Notes under the pieces: model-generated
Seen by the model: the letters and a program-made list of their open reading frames with translations, nothing else
What the model was told of the DNA's origin: nothing
Databases searched by the model: none
Made by a program: the position numbers and the translations under genes
Shown: positions 20,783 through 30,778 of the stretch, in pieces
Numbering within the stretch: the stretch's first letter is position 1
Layout: the number at the start of each line of letters is the position of its first letter
DNA from: Dongiaceae bacterium
Lineage (GTDB): Bacteria; Pseudomonadota; Alphaproteobacteria; SHNJ01
Direction: 5' to 3'
Assembly (NCBI GenBank): GCA_050182275.1
Contig: JBFXCK010000006.1
Coordinates: 23,759-87,758, forward strand
DNA length: 64,000 nt

Positions 20783-21403
20783 ATGATTCGTTTCGGTACT
20801 TTCGCAGTCGCCGCTTTGGCGATCGCACTGGTTGCTTCCGCTGCTTCCGCAGCCAGCCCCAGCACTGCTACTTCTACCAACAAAGCCCCGGCCGCAGCCA
20901 ATATGCCGGCAGCTTCGTCGGACAACATGGCCGCTTCTTCGGCCACCACGATGAAATCTTCGCAAAACATCGTGCAAACTTGCGCCGCTGCTTCTTCTTG
21001 CCAAACTTTGAGCAAGTTGCTGCAACTCGCCGGTTTGACCGAAACCTTGAGCGGCCCTGGCCCCTTCACGGTATTCGCCCCGACCGATGCCGCTTTCGCC
21101 AAACTGCCAAAAGCTGAACTAGACCGTTTGATGAGCCCCGCCGGTAAGCAAGATCTGACCAAGATTTTGACTTTCCACGTGCTCAGCACCAAGTGGGATT
21201 CCAGCACCCTGGCCGACAACAAAACCTTGACCGGCGTTCGTACCGCCCAAGGTTCCAGCTTGCCGACCATCAGCAAGTCGGGTCAGTCGATCATGATTGG
21301 CAGCGCCAAAGTAACCGGCACGCCCGTCATGGCCAGCAACGGCACGGTCTATATGATCGATTCCGTTCTGATGCCAACCACTGGCAGCTCGAACCAAATG
21401 TAA
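20783..21403 (+). CDS. Secreted fasciclin (FAS1) domain protein
   Basis: GGAGG RBS, signal peptide, FTVFAPTDAAF, NGTVYMIDSVL. Confidence 0.93.
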   Translation: MIRFGTFAVAALAIALVASAASAASPSTATSTNKAPAAANMPAASSDNMAASSATTMKSSQNIVQTCAAASSCQTLSKLLQLAGLTETLSGPGPFTVFAPTDAAFAKLPKAELDRLMSPAGKQDLTKILTFHVLSTKWDSSTLADNKTLTGVRTAQGSSLPTISKSGQSIMIGSAKVTGTPVMASNGTVYMIDSVLMPTTGSSNQM

Positions 21404-21434
21404 TTTTTGACCTGATTTAAGGTTCTCAATTACG

Positions 21435-21467
21435 CCGGCGGGAGTAACTTCCCGCCGGTTTTATTTT
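21435..21467 (+). terminator. Intrinsic terminator
   Basis: CCGGCGGGA/TCCCGCCGG stem + TTTTATTTT. Confidence 0.85.
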
Positions 21468-21521
21468 GCGGCGGTATAATTTTTCATGGCGCGGGCCAGC
21501 AGATCGCCCTAAACTGAAACT

Positions 21522-21689
21522 ATGAAGATAAACATTGCCCGGCTCGCTAAAATGTTCTTATTCACCTTGCTGACGCTGTGTGTGCTGGCGATGCTGGTGG
21601 CGGGCGCGCTTCACGCCTTGCGCTACCCTCTGTGCCAGGATTCCCGCTATACGCAATTAAATTTATGTTTATATCCGGCGGCTGGCTAA
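21522..21689 (+). CDS. Small membrane protein, 55 aa (below ORF-track cutoff)
   Basis: MKINIARLAKMFLFTLLTLCVLAMLVAGALHALRYPLCQDSRYTQLNLCLYPAAG. Confidence 0.45.
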   Translation: MKINIARLAKMFLFTLLTLCVLAMLVAGALHALRYPLCQDSRYTQLNLCLYPAAG

Positions 21690-22255
21690 TTAAGCACTAC
21701 TTGAGGGCTTAAGCGGGGGTGCATATAGGAATAATGATGAATAGTGCGCGCATGAAAGACTTGGGCAAAGAAAGTCGGCGAATAATTATAAACTATTTCG
21801 GCCGCTATTAGACTATCACCGGGAGGTAAAACAAAGCCGGGCGGTAAGGTGGCGTTGCCGCCTTGAACCCCTATCGTGCTGGGAGTGCCTAAAGAACCGG
21901 CCCCGCGCCGTTGCCATGTAACGCGGGGTGCATTATTGCCGGTACGGGTGACAGAGCTGATAATCATCACACTGTTAGCGCCGGTATTAAAAGGCACCAT
22001 TACCGAACGCGTGGCGTTAAAAATGTCATCTATTTCGGCGGTGGTTAGAGTGGCGGAGCGGGACACCAAATCGGCTATGGTCGCCGAGGACCGGATCAAT
22101 TTTTGCTGCAGCAAAATATAACGGCCCATTTCATACGAGCCCAAAAGCACGGTAACCAGCAAAGGAAACAAAAGCGCGTTTTCAACAATAATGCTTCCCC
22201 GCTTCGATGAACGCGGAAAATATTTTTTGAAGAAGTGAAGTAAGGGTTCCATCAT
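21686..22255 (-). CDS. TadE/TadF-like pseudopilin
   Basis: RGSIIVENALLFP prepilin-like motif. Confidence 0.88.
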   Translation of the reverse strand: MMEPLLHFFKKYFPRSSKRGSIIVENALLFPLLVTVLLGSYEMGRYILLQQKLIRSSATIADLVSRSATLTTAEIDDIFNATRSVMVPFNTGANSVMIISSVTRTGNNAPRVTWQRRGAGSLGTPSTIGVQGGNATLPPGFVLPPGDSLIAAEIVYNYSPTFFAQVFHARTIHHYSYMHPRLSPQVVLN

Positions 22256-22261
22256 TTCCTC

Positions 22262-22912
22262 TTAATGGGGCGGGAATGGCTCATTGCGCACGGCGACAGC
22301 GCCGCCTAACTTAATATGTTCTCCCATCACCGGATTTAATAACCCCGTTAGCAGCGGCCAGTTGTAAGAGGCGCGGTACACCACAATTTCGCTTGGTCCG
22401 CCAACACCTTCGATACCGCTATCAGCATCCCATGCGCCATTGCTGTTGCGGTCGACATAGGCTTCGCCAATATCATAGGCGCCGTTATGATTGCTATCGG
22501 TATAGGCTTCATCGCCAATCATATTAAAGCTGGGGTAAACTTTGGTTGAAATTGTTAAAAGGTTGGGGTCTAACAAACCGAAACTATTTTCAACGATAAT
22601 TTCTCGAATCCGTTGTTGGCGGGTGGCAGCATTTTGGGCTGCTGTCCCTCCCGTAATTCCATAGCGGGAGGCTTCGCGCAAACCGCCTTCGATGAAAGAA
22701 TTGACCACCATGACCATGGATATTTCTAAAATGCCCACGATCATTAAAATCACTAACGGAGCGGTCAGCCCCCACTCAACGGCAACGCTGCCGCGGTTGT
22801 CGCCGATTTTGGCGCTTTTGAGCCGCTTCCACAGGCTGGTTTTTTTCAAAGGCCGGAGTTGAAAAAACCGTTGGTTATTCGAAAGAGATTGGCTAGACTG
22901 CTTAATTGTCAT
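22262..22912 (-). CDS. tadE: TadE-like pseudopilin (true start may be downstream)
   Basis: RGSVAVEWGL, REASRYG, C-terminal RNEPF. Confidence 0.85.
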   Translation of the reverse strand: MTIKQSSQSLSNNQRFFQLRPLKKTSLWKRLKSAKIGDNRGSVAVEWGLTAPLVILMIVGILEISMVMVVNSFIEGGLREASRYGITGGTAAQNAATRQQRIREIIVENSFGLLDPNLLTISTKVYPSFNMIGDEAYTDSNHNGAYDIGEAYVDRNSNGAWDADSGIEGVGGPSEIVVYRASYNWPLLTGLLNPVMGEHIKLGGAVAVRNEPFPPH

Positions 22913-23732
22913 GGCTTGCCCCTTTCTTACCCGTTATTCCTGGTTGCCAATGCTTGCCGCTATTGCGGCACTTAGCGCTTGCGTATTTCCGCAAACTTCC
23001 CCAGCACGCGCGACCCAATCCGCCCCCTTGTTGCGCATGGGCGATAGTTTGCAAACTTCCGGTGAAGCCGGCTTGGCGGTAACTTTTTACCAGCGGGCGG
23101 CTGATATGGATCCCAAAAATCCTGAACCTTTTTTGAAGCTTGGGCAATTGCTGCTGGCGCAAGGGCAGCGCAGCGAAGCGCTGCAGGCGTTCAACCAAGC
23201 CGAAATGCTGCGTCCTTCCGATCTGGCGATGCGCCGTCAATTGGCCAACGGCTTCCTTGAACTGGGCGAAACCGGCAAAGCCAGCGCTATTTTGCAGCAA
23301 GCGGTTAACGAAAAACCTGAACCGCGGCTTTACAACAGTTTGGGCGTAACGCAAGATTTGGCGGGCGATCATGTGGCGGCCCAGCAATCGTATGCGGCCG
23401 GCTTGTTGCTGGCGCCCGGAGATTTGACGCTGCAAAATAACTTGGCGTTGTCTTATGCCTTGGATAAACGTTTTGATGAGGCCATTGCCGCCATGCAAAA
23501 AGTCGCAGGCGATGCTAAGGCGACGCCGCAGCACCGGCAAAATTTGGCCTTGATTCACGGGCTGGCGGGGCAGGATCAAACGGCGGCCAATATTTTGCGC
23601 CTTGATTTGGATGATGCGGCGGTGAAGCGCCATTTGAGTTTTTACAAAAAATTGCGCGCGCTTCCCGATGGCAAGGAAATCATGGCCGCCTTGCGCCAAC
23701 AAAAATCGGTTATTCCGGATAGCGAGTTTTAA
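22911..23732 (+). CDS. tadD: TPR lipoprotein, TadD-like pilotin
   Basis: Lipobox LSAC, TPRs, YNSLGV, NNLALS, RQNLAL. Confidence 0.85.
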   Translation: MACPFLTRYSWLPMLAAIAALSACVFPQTSPARATQSAPLLRMGDSLQTSGEAGLAVTFYQRAADMDPKNPEPFLKLGQLLLAQGQRSEALQAFNQAEMLRPSDLAMRRQLANGFLELGETGKASAILQQAVNEKPEPRLYNSLGVTQDLAGDHVAAQQSYAAGLLLAPGDLTLQNNLALSYALDKRFDEAIAAMQKVAGDAKATPQHRQNLALIHGLAGQDQTAANILRLDLDDAAVKRHLSFYKKLRALPDGKEIMAALRQQKSVIPDSEF

Positions 23733-23746
23733 GCTCATTTTTTCGC

Positions 23747-24718
23747 CTACATCATTTTGCTAAAGCTATCGATAATCCGCAAAATTCCCGGGCCAATTAA
23801 AACAATAAATAGCGGCGGCAAAATAAAAGTCACCATCGGCAAAGTTAAAATCACCGGCAGTTTGGCGGCTTTTTCTTCGGCTTTCATCAAACGGTCGTTT
23901 CTAAATTCAGCCGCTAGAATGCGCAAACTTTGGGCCAGCGGCGTGCCGTATTTTTCGGTTTGACCCAAGGTTCCCACCAAAGCGCGGATGCTGGGCAGGT
24001 CGGTGCGCAAGGTTAAATTATCCAGCGCTTGGGCGCGGTTGGGTAAAAATCCAAGCTCAACCGCGGTTAAACCGATTTCTTCGGCTAATATAGGATTAGC
24101 ATGCGCCATTTCGCGCGCGACGCGGTTTAAGGCCGCATCCAAGCTCAAGCCTGCTTCGGCGCAAATCACCAGCAAATCCAGCGCATCGGGCAAGCCTTCG
24201 CGCAATTGCTGCCGGCGCCGGTCGGCCATGTTTTTTACATAAAGGTCGGGGGCATAATTACCAAGTAAAATCGCGCTAATCGCATACAGCATTTTTTTAG
24301 CGCTGGTCATTTCGCCGATGCCGATTACATATAAAAAATTCAACGCTAATAGGGCGACCGCAATGGGCAAAACCGCGCGGGCAAAGAGATAAATCACCAG
24401 CGCATCGCGGCCGCGCCAGCCGGCGCGCATTAATTTGACCGAAATTTTTTCTGCCTGCTGGCTGCGCATCAATTTAAGATAATCAACCGTTTGGCGCATT
24501 AAACTTAAAGAATCGATTTTGCTGGCATCGCGGCGTTTTTTGCTGGAAGTCAAATCGCTGTATAAAGCTTTGCGGCGTTCCTCAATCGATTTCAGGCGGC
24601 CGCGCAGGCGGTCTTTCACCATATACGCCTTTGCCACCCACAAAACCGTTAGCAGCGCCGCTGCGGCGGCCAGCAACGTCCAGGTATAAGGCGGCAATTG
24701 GGCCAAAAATTCTTTCAT
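23747..24718 (-). CDS. tadC: Tad inner-membrane platform TadC
   Basis: PDALDLLVICAEAGL, YGTPLAQSLR, AEEKAAKLP. Confidence 0.95.
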   Translation of the reverse strand: MKEFLAQLPPYTWTLLAAAAALLTVLWVAKAYMVKDRLRGRLKSIEERRKALYSDLTSSKKRRDASKIDSLSLMRQTVDYLKLMRSQQAEKISVKLMRAGWRGRDALVIYLFARAVLPIAVALLALNFLYVIGIGEMTSAKKMLYAISAILLGNYAPDLYVKNMADRRRQQLREGLPDALDLLVICAEAGLSLDAALNRVAREMAHANPILAEEIGLTAVELGFLPNRAQALDNLTLRTDLPSIRALVGTLGQTEKYGTPLAQSLRILAAEFRNDRLMKAEEKAAKLPVILTLPMVTFILPPLFIVLIGPGILRIIDSFSKMM

Positions 24719-25719
24719 ATTTTAAATTGCACCATTTTCGACATCAGGAAATGACCCAATGCCATTAAAACCAAGCCCACGCCCAGCAACACCTGGCCCC
24801 GTGGATCATGAAGCAAAACGCCTACATATTTATCGTTCAATTTATACAGCGCGCCAAATACCAAAAAGGGCAAGCTGCCGATCACCATGGCGCTGGCTTT
24901 GGCTTCCGCCGACATCGCTTTGATTTTTAATTGCACTTGTTTGCGTTTGCGCAACAGGCCGCTTAAATTTTCCAAAGTTTCGGCCAAATTACCGCCAGTT
25001 TCCCGCTGAATCGAAAGGGCGATTACAAAGAATTTCATTTCCGCAATATCCAGGCGGTTGCTGCATTCCCATAACGCTTCTTCCATGGTTTGACCGATTT
25101 TCATTCCATCCGTGATCCGTTTAAATTCGGTGCCGACCGGTTCGGGAATTTCTGAGGCAATAGTTTTAACGCACTCGCTGATCGGCAAGCCCGAACGCGC
25201 CCCGCGCACGATTAAATCAATTGCTTCGGGGAATTGGGTGATGAAAGCTTTGTGGCGCTTGTTGATTAAGCGGCCAATATATTTATGAGGGATGCCTAAT
25301 CCAAAGACCACGCCCATGCAACCGGCCAAAGGCCAGCCGAAGCTGAACATTCCTTTGAACATTAAGGTGGCGATTCCCAAAGAAAGAATATTGATGATAA
25401 AATATTTGCTGATGCTAATATTGCGACCGGTGCGTTGCAAGCGCAGCTGCAAAAGGGAGGCGCGGGGCAGAAACTGCAAAAGGCCGCGGTCGAGCAGGCT
25501 TTGATCCCGGCGGTCCATATCGATATTTACCGCCGATAGATTTTGATCTTTTTCTTTGACAAGGCGGGATTGTTTGCCGGTAACTTGCCGCAAGCGCCGC
25601 TGCAAGCGTTTGCTTTTGCTGGGGCCGAATAAGCCGCTGGTGAAAATCAATAGAACCAACACCACCCCGCCCAGCAAGAGCATCATCAACGGACTAAGCT
25701 GATAGTTTAAAATTGTCAT
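24715..25719 (-). CDS. tadB: Tad inner-membrane platform TadB
   Basis: FPEAIDLIVRG.RSGLP, QRETGGNLAE. Confidence 0.95.
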   Translation of the reverse strand: MTILNYQLSPLMMLLLGGVVLVLLIFTSGLFGPSKSKRLQRRLRQVTGKQSRLVKEKDQNLSAVNIDMDRRDQSLLDRGLLQFLPRASLLQLRLQRTGRNISISKYFIINILSLGIATLMFKGMFSFGWPLAGCMGVVFGLGIPHKYIGRLINKRHKAFITQFPEAIDLIVRGARSGLPISECVKTIASEIPEPVGTEFKRITDGMKIGQTMEEALWECSNRLDIAEMKFFVIALSIQRETGGNLAETLENLSGLLRKRKQVQLKIKAMSAEAKASAMVIGSLPFLVFGALYKLNDKYVGVLLHDPRGQVLLGVGLVLMALGHFLMSKMVQFKI

Positions 25720-25720
25720 T

Positions 25721-27496
25721 TTAACCGCCCATCGCCTCCAATAGCGGTTTATGCAAGCCGTAATATTCGGCCCGCGGCGTGAAGTGCGGGCGCAAGCCGG
25801 TGGGGCGGAAAATGCCCTTCAGTTTGCCGTCTTCGCCTTCGCCGCTAAATTCATAAAGGAACAAATCCTGCGTCGTAATGACATCGCCTTCCATGCCGAT
25901 GACTTCGCTAATATGGGTAATGCGGCGAACGCCGTCGCGCATTCGGCTGACTTGGATAATCAGATGCACCGCCGAGGCGATCAGCATTCTGATCGCTTTG
26001 GGCGCTAAATTGGCGCTGGCCATTCCCACCATATTTTCGAGACGCATCAGCGCTTCGCGCGGGCGGTTGGCGTGCAGCGTGGCGAGCGAGCCATCATGGC
26101 CGGTATTCATGGCTTGCAGCATGTCGAATGATTCCTCGCCGCGCACCTCGCCCAGGATGATGCGGTCGGGGCGCATCCGCAAACTATTCTTGACCAGATC
26201 ACGCATGGTGATTTCGCCTTCGCCCTCCAAATTAGGCGGGCGGGTTTCCAGGCGCACAACATGCGGCTGTTGCAATTGCAATTCGGCGGCGTCTTCAATC
26301 GTGACGATGCGTTCACCGACATCGATCAATTGAGACAGCGCATTCAGCAAAGTGGTTTTACCCGAACCCGTACCGCCCGAAATAATGATATTAAGGCGCG
26401 AGCGCGCGGCGATTTTCAAAACCGTCGCCATTTCCGGCGAGATATTCTGGGTTTGCACCATGCGGTCGAGGGTAATACTTTTCTTCGAAAATTTGCGGAT
26501 CGAGATCGAAGGCCCATCCAGCGCCAAAGGCGGGATGATGATATTCACCCGGCTGCCGTCTTCCAGGCGCGCGTCGCACAATGGGTTGGCTTCATCGATG
26601 CGACGGCCGATCCGCGAAACGATGCGGGTGCAAATATTCATGACATGATTATTGTCGGTGAATTTGACCTCGGTTAATTCCAGCTTACCGCGCCGTTCGG
26701 CATAAACTTGCTGCGGGCCGTTGACCATAATATCGTTTACCGTCTCATCGGCCAGCAAGGGCTCTAGCGGCCCTAAACCCAGCATGTCGTTTAGCATGAG
26801 GGTTACTAAATCACGCTGCTCCGCCATATTGAGATGAATTTTCATCTCTCCCAGCATTTCGTTGGCTAAAACCGTTAATTGCTGAGCTAATTCGGCGCGG
26901 CTTAATTTCACTGCAGCGGCAATGTCGATGCGGGAGATGATCAAAGGCTGGATTTGTTTTTTGGCTATTTCAACTTGATCGCGGCTGGCGGCCGAGCGCC
27001 CTTCCAGCGGTGAGGTCACGGCAGGCGTACCGTCGCTGCCGCGTTTTAAGCGTAAGCCGTGGGCGCGTTCCAAGATATCGCCCAGCAGTTGCGCCACTAA
27101 GCTGCGCTGATCGTTGAGGCTGATTTGCTCGCCGCGTTTTTGCAAAAGTTCCAACACAATGCCGCTGATGCCACGGGCCAATTCTTTCGGATTGATTTTG
27201 GCGGCAAAGGCAACATCGATGCGCTGTAAAACTTCCGGTAAAATTTCCTGGCGGATTTCTTCGGTGCGCTGGGGCGGTAAGAAAGAACTGGGCAGCGGCG
27301 CTTCTACGGCCGGTGCGTTTTTTTCTTTTTCCGGTGGCGTGATAGAGGCAGAAGCTGTTGCTTCACCTTCTACGGGCGGTTCTTGAGTTGGCGCATCAAG
27401 CGTCGTTCCGGCAGCAGCTTTTTCCGGCGCCCGCACATTGGTGCGCAGCCGCAAACGCGATAGCGGATCTTTTTCGCCTTCCGGAAACTTCACCAC
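25721..27496 (-). CDS. cpaF: Tad pilus ATPase CpaF/TadA
   Basis: [38 protein letters not shown]. Confidence 0.97.
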   Translation of the reverse strand: MVKFPEGEKDPLSRLRLRTNVRAPEKAAAGTTLDAPTQEPPVEGEATASASITPPEKEKNAPAVEAPLPSSFLPPQRTEEIRQEILPEVLQRIDVAFAAKINPKELARGISGIVLELLQKRGEQISLNDQRSLVAQLLGDILERAHGLRLKRGSDGTPAVTSPLEGRSAASRDQVEIAKKQIQPLIISRIDIAAAVKLSRAELAQQLTVLANEMLGEMKIHLNMAEQRDLVTLMLNDMLGLGPLEPLLADETVNDIMVNGPQQVYAERRGKLELTEVKFTDNNHVMNICTRIVSRIGRRIDEANPLCDARLEDGSRVNIIIPPLALDGPSISIRKFSKKSITLDRMVQTQNISPEMATVLKIAARSRLNIIISGGTGSGKTTLLNALSQLIDVGERIVTIEDAAELQLQQPHVVRLETRPPNLEGEGEITMRDLVKNSLRMRPDRIILGEVRGEESFDMLQAMNTGHDGSLATLHANRPREALMRLENMVGMASANLAPKAIRMLIASAVHLIIQVSRMRDGVRRITHISEVIGMEGDVITTQDLFLYEFSGEGEDGKLKGIFRPTGLRPHFTPRAEYYGLHKPLLEAMGG

Positions 27497-27537
27497 CCAA
27501 AAACTCCTAAAATTTTATCTAACCTGTTGATATATCT

Positions 27538-28767
27538 TTATTTTCGCATCCATTTATTAACAAAAGACCACCATGGCTGCTTTTTAGGAGGATTCTTATT
27601 CCCCAATAGTAAGTCGATGATATTATTCAATGAAATCAATGTCTTGCCGCTTCCCCCCATGGCGGCTAGCGGCCGCCCGGAATTCATGGCTTGAGTTAAA
27701 GTCTTGCCATCTTCTTCGATCGTAATATCGATTTTATGTTCTACGCCCCGCTCGAAATCTTGGGCGCTTAAGGGGTTGCCCGGGCTTGAGCGGTTGACCA
27801 CCATAAAAGTCTTTGCCTTAGCGTTAAGGGCCTTAATCCGGCTTAAAAGGCGGGCGGTATCGCGGATGCCGACCAGGGTTAGATCGGATACCAAAATAAT
27901 GTAGTCGGCTTCTTTAGCGATTAATTCTTGAACCGCGACATTGCTGCGCGGCACATCGACAATAATGTGCGTAAAGCGCGCGCGTAATTCTTGCAACAAT
28001 AGTTCCACCGCCGCTGGGTTGGGGCGGATTTCAGCATCCAGCGGTTCTTCGCTGCCCATGATGTATAAACGGTCGGTGGCTTTAACCAGCGCGCTGGTGA
28101 CGAACAGGCTGTCAATCCGGTCGGGATTTTTAAGGGCTTCGCGCAAACCGGGACTGGGTTCCACATCTAAGGCCAAGGCGGTTATGCCGTAATGAACGTC
28201 AAGATCGATTAACGCCACGGTGGATTTTTTTTCTTCGGCTAAAAGCCAAGCGGTATTAACGGCAAGCGTGCTGGCGCCCACCCCGCCGCGGGCGCCGATA
28301 ATCGCGGTAACATGGCTGATCGCCTTGCTTTTTGTGGTGCCCCCGTCGCTTGGCTGGGCGCTGACGATAGCTTGACTCAAGGATTCGGGATTCAGCGGCT
28401 TGACCAAATAATCCGAAATCCCAGCCGTCAATAAGTTGCGGAAAAGAGATACATCATTGGTCGCCCCTAATCCGATCACTGTGCTGTGGGGGCAAAGGCT
28501 GCGCAAATGGCGCGCATCAACCAAAGGATCAGGGGAGGAGCTGAAATCGACAATTAAAGTTTGCGGACGCGTCCCTTCGGTTAAAACGGCAATCGCTTCA
28601 TTAACGCCGCCTTCTTTAACCACATCGGCGCCGGGCCAATTTTGCGATGCCACCGAGCTTAATGTGGCGCGGGTTTCCGCATCCGCGGCAAAAGCTAGAA
28701 AATCCGCGGTGTAAGTAACAGCGGGCGGTTTTTTTGCAAGATTCTGTTCAACATCTGTCATCATCAA
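27538..28767 (-). CDS. cpaE: CpaE/TadZ (receiver-like + MinD-like)
   Basis: DYLVKP, GARGGVGAST. Confidence 0.92.
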   Translation of the reverse strand: MMMTDVEQNLAKKPPAVTYTADFLAFAADAETRATLSSVASQNWPGADVVKEGGVNEAIAVLTEGTRPQTLIVDFSSSPDPLVDARHLRSLCPHSTVIGLGATNDVSLFRNLLTAGISDYLVKPLNPESLSQAIVSAQPSDGGTTKSKAISHVTAIIGARGGVGASTLAVNTAWLLAEEKKSTVALIDLDVHYGITALALDVEPSPGLREALKNPDRIDSLFVTSALVKATDRLYIMGSEEPLDAEIRPNPAAVELLLQELRARFTHIIVDVPRSNVAVQELIAKEADYIILVSDLTLVGIRDTARLLSRIKALNAKAKTFMVVNRSSPGNPLSAQDFERGVEHKIDITIEEDGKTLTQAMNSGRPLAAMGGSGKTLISLNNIIDLLLGNKNPPKKQPWWSFVNKWMRK

Positions 28768-28773
28768 CCAACT

Positions 28774-29397
28774 TTAATTTTTCTTGGTGGGGCCATCTTC
28801 AAGCAAAGGAGTAATTTTTCCTGCCCGGTAGCGCTGAATCGCTAAGACGTTGGCGTTGCCATCGCCCGCGCTTAAATTCTGGCCCTTTACCAAATCACGC
28901 GGATTGGCCGCCATAGCGCCCAAATTCATTTTATCGGCGCAGCCAAAATTGCTGCTGGGGGTGTTTTTTGTTTCGGGGCCCGGATATTTGCTCCAATCGG
29001 GACAACCGGCTACGCTGGCTTCCGGATGGCGGTGCGTCACCGCCACATCATCATCCGCCAAGCCGGCGGGCAGTCCAACCACATGCGTAGTAAAGCCAAG
29101 TTGTTGTAAATAAGCGATCACATTGCGGCTGCGGCTAAGCGCCAGATCACCGCCCGCGGGGGCGAAGCTGACGGCCAATTCGTCACCGCTGTTAGGGTTA
29201 ACCCGATCAAGAAAAACCTCTAGGCTTTGACGTTCTTCATCCGTCAAGGACGCGCTTTCAGGCAAGAAGGTTATCACATAAGAATCGCCGCTTTCGGTGA
29301 TTTGAAAAGTTTTCGGCAGCGTAACGGTAGGAGCGCCTGACATTGAGCAAGCGCTTAACAAAACCATCAGGCTAAGAAGTAGGTAAGGGCGGATCAT
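28774..29397 (-). CDS. cpaD: CpaD pilus lipoprotein
   Basis: LSAC lipobox, CPDW, NFGCA..NLGAM.ANPRDL. Confidence 0.9.
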   Translation of the reverse strand: MIRPYLLLSLMVLLSACSMSGAPTVTLPKTFQITESGDSYVITFLPESASLTDEERQSLEVFLDRVNPNSGDELAVSFAPAGGDLALSRSRNVIAYLQQLGFTTHVVGLPAGLADDDVAVTHRHPEASVAGCPDWSKYPGPETKNTPSSNFGCADKMNLGAMAANPRDLVKGQNLSAGDGNANVLAIQRYRAGKITPLLEDGPTKKN

Positions 29398-29406
29398 ATA
29401 ATTCTC

Positions 29407-30774
29407 CTAATCCAAAATAAAGCCGTGGGCCATGGGGGCAGCCAAAGCGGCGGAATTATTGGCCGGCGGTCTTTGCTGGTATTTTTCGGCTTTCAAATAG
29501 CGTTGCGCATCGGTTGGCGCCGTAAAGCCGTCGGTTGGCAGGGCCAATTTAGTATTGCTTGGCTGCGCCAAATAAGGAGTGACCACGATCACTAGCTCGG
29601 TTTCCTGACGGCGGAAGCGGTCGGAGCGGAAGAGAGGCCCTAAAATCGGTAAATCGCCAAGACCCGGATATTTGGTCAAATCCTGAGTGGTGTCTTGTTT
29701 AATAAGACCGGCAATCGCCAAGCTTTGACCCGAACCCAGCTCAACCGTAGTTTCCGCGCGCCGGGTTGAAATGGACGGCACTTCAAAGCTGTCCAGCGTA
29801 ACGGCCCCTTGATTGCTTAACTGGCTGACTTCCGGGCGGATGCGCATGCTAATGCGGCCTTCATTAAGAATGGTAGGTGTAAAGGCAAGCCCTACGCCGA
29901 AAGATTTGAACTCGATGGTGATCGCCCCTTGTTGTTGAGAAACGGGAATGGGAAATTCGCCACCAGCCAGAAAATTGGCGGTTTCACCGCTCATGGCGGT
30001 AAGATTGGGCTCGGCCAAAACGGTTAGAAAACCTTCGTCTTCCAGCGCATCAATCAATGAATTCAAATTCAGATGGCGGTTTTGAAAACGGCCGAAAATG
30101 CTGCCGCCCTGGTCTTGCGCCCGGGTAATAAAAGAGTTGGTATTGCTGATAATAGAGCGGCCCGTGGCTAAACCAAACATAAATTGCCCGCTATTGCCCA
30201 GGCCTTCCCAATTGATGCCCAAATTTTTCACAATGTCGCGCGATACTTCGGCGATGCGGACGCGCAAATGAACTTGATTCGAGCCGGTGATGGCCAATTG
30301 ATTGATAATGGCATCATCGCTGCCGACAAAACGCGAAGCGATAAGACGGGCATTTTCGGCTTCAGCAGCGGTATTCACATTGCCTGATAAAATGATAGCG
30401 CGATCCAGGCCCTCGACCTGAACATTGGCCGCTGGCAGCATTTTGTCGATCGATTCTTTAAGGCGCGTCAAATTGTAGGAAACGCGGATTTTTTTCTTAA
30501 ACAGCACTTTTTCCCGTTGATCAACGGCAAATAAGGTGGTTTCGCCTTGCTGGCGGCCAAACACATAAATCAGGGAAGGCGTTTTAATTTGCACATCCGC
30601 TATATTCGGATCAGCCACAAATACCGTATCGGCGCCCGCGTTCAAGCGCACCAAAGCGCCTGATTGCAAAGGCACGGAAATAACATCATTGCCGGCCGCT
30701 TCGATGGTTTCGGCTTGGGCAAAGAGGGGAAGGAGAAGGAGAGAAAAAAGAAGGAAAACTTTGAAATGGCGCAT
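29407..30774 (-). CDS. cpaC: Tad secretin CpaC/RcpA
   Basis: LAEPNLTAMSGETANFLAGGEFPIP, PILGPLFRS, ETELVIVVTP. Confidence 0.95.
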   Translation of the reverse strand: MRHFKVFLLFSLLLLPLFAQAETIEAAGNDVISVPLQSGALVRLNAGADTVFVADPNIADVQIKTPSLIYVFGRQQGETTLFAVDQREKVLFKKKIRVSYNLTRLKESIDKMLPAANVQVEGLDRAIILSGNVNTAAEAENARLIASRFVGSDDAIINQLAITGSNQVHLRVRIAEVSRDIVKNLGINWEGLGNSGQFMFGLATGRSIISNTNSFITRAQDQGGSIFGRFQNRHLNLNSLIDALEDEGFLTVLAEPNLTAMSGETANFLAGGEFPIPVSQQQGAITIEFKSFGVGLAFTPTILNEGRISMRIRPEVSQLSNQGAVTLDSFEVPSISTRRAETTVELGSGQSLAIAGLIKQDTTQDLTKYPGLGDLPILGPLFRSDRFRRQETELVIVVTPYLAQPSNTKLALPTDGFTAPTDAQRYLKAEKYQQRPPANNSAALAAPMAHGFILD

Positions 30775-30778
30775 GGTC

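Noticed and set aside
22890-23750. tadD as an invertible phase-variation cassette
   Set aside because: No flanking inverted repeats or adjacent invertase seen
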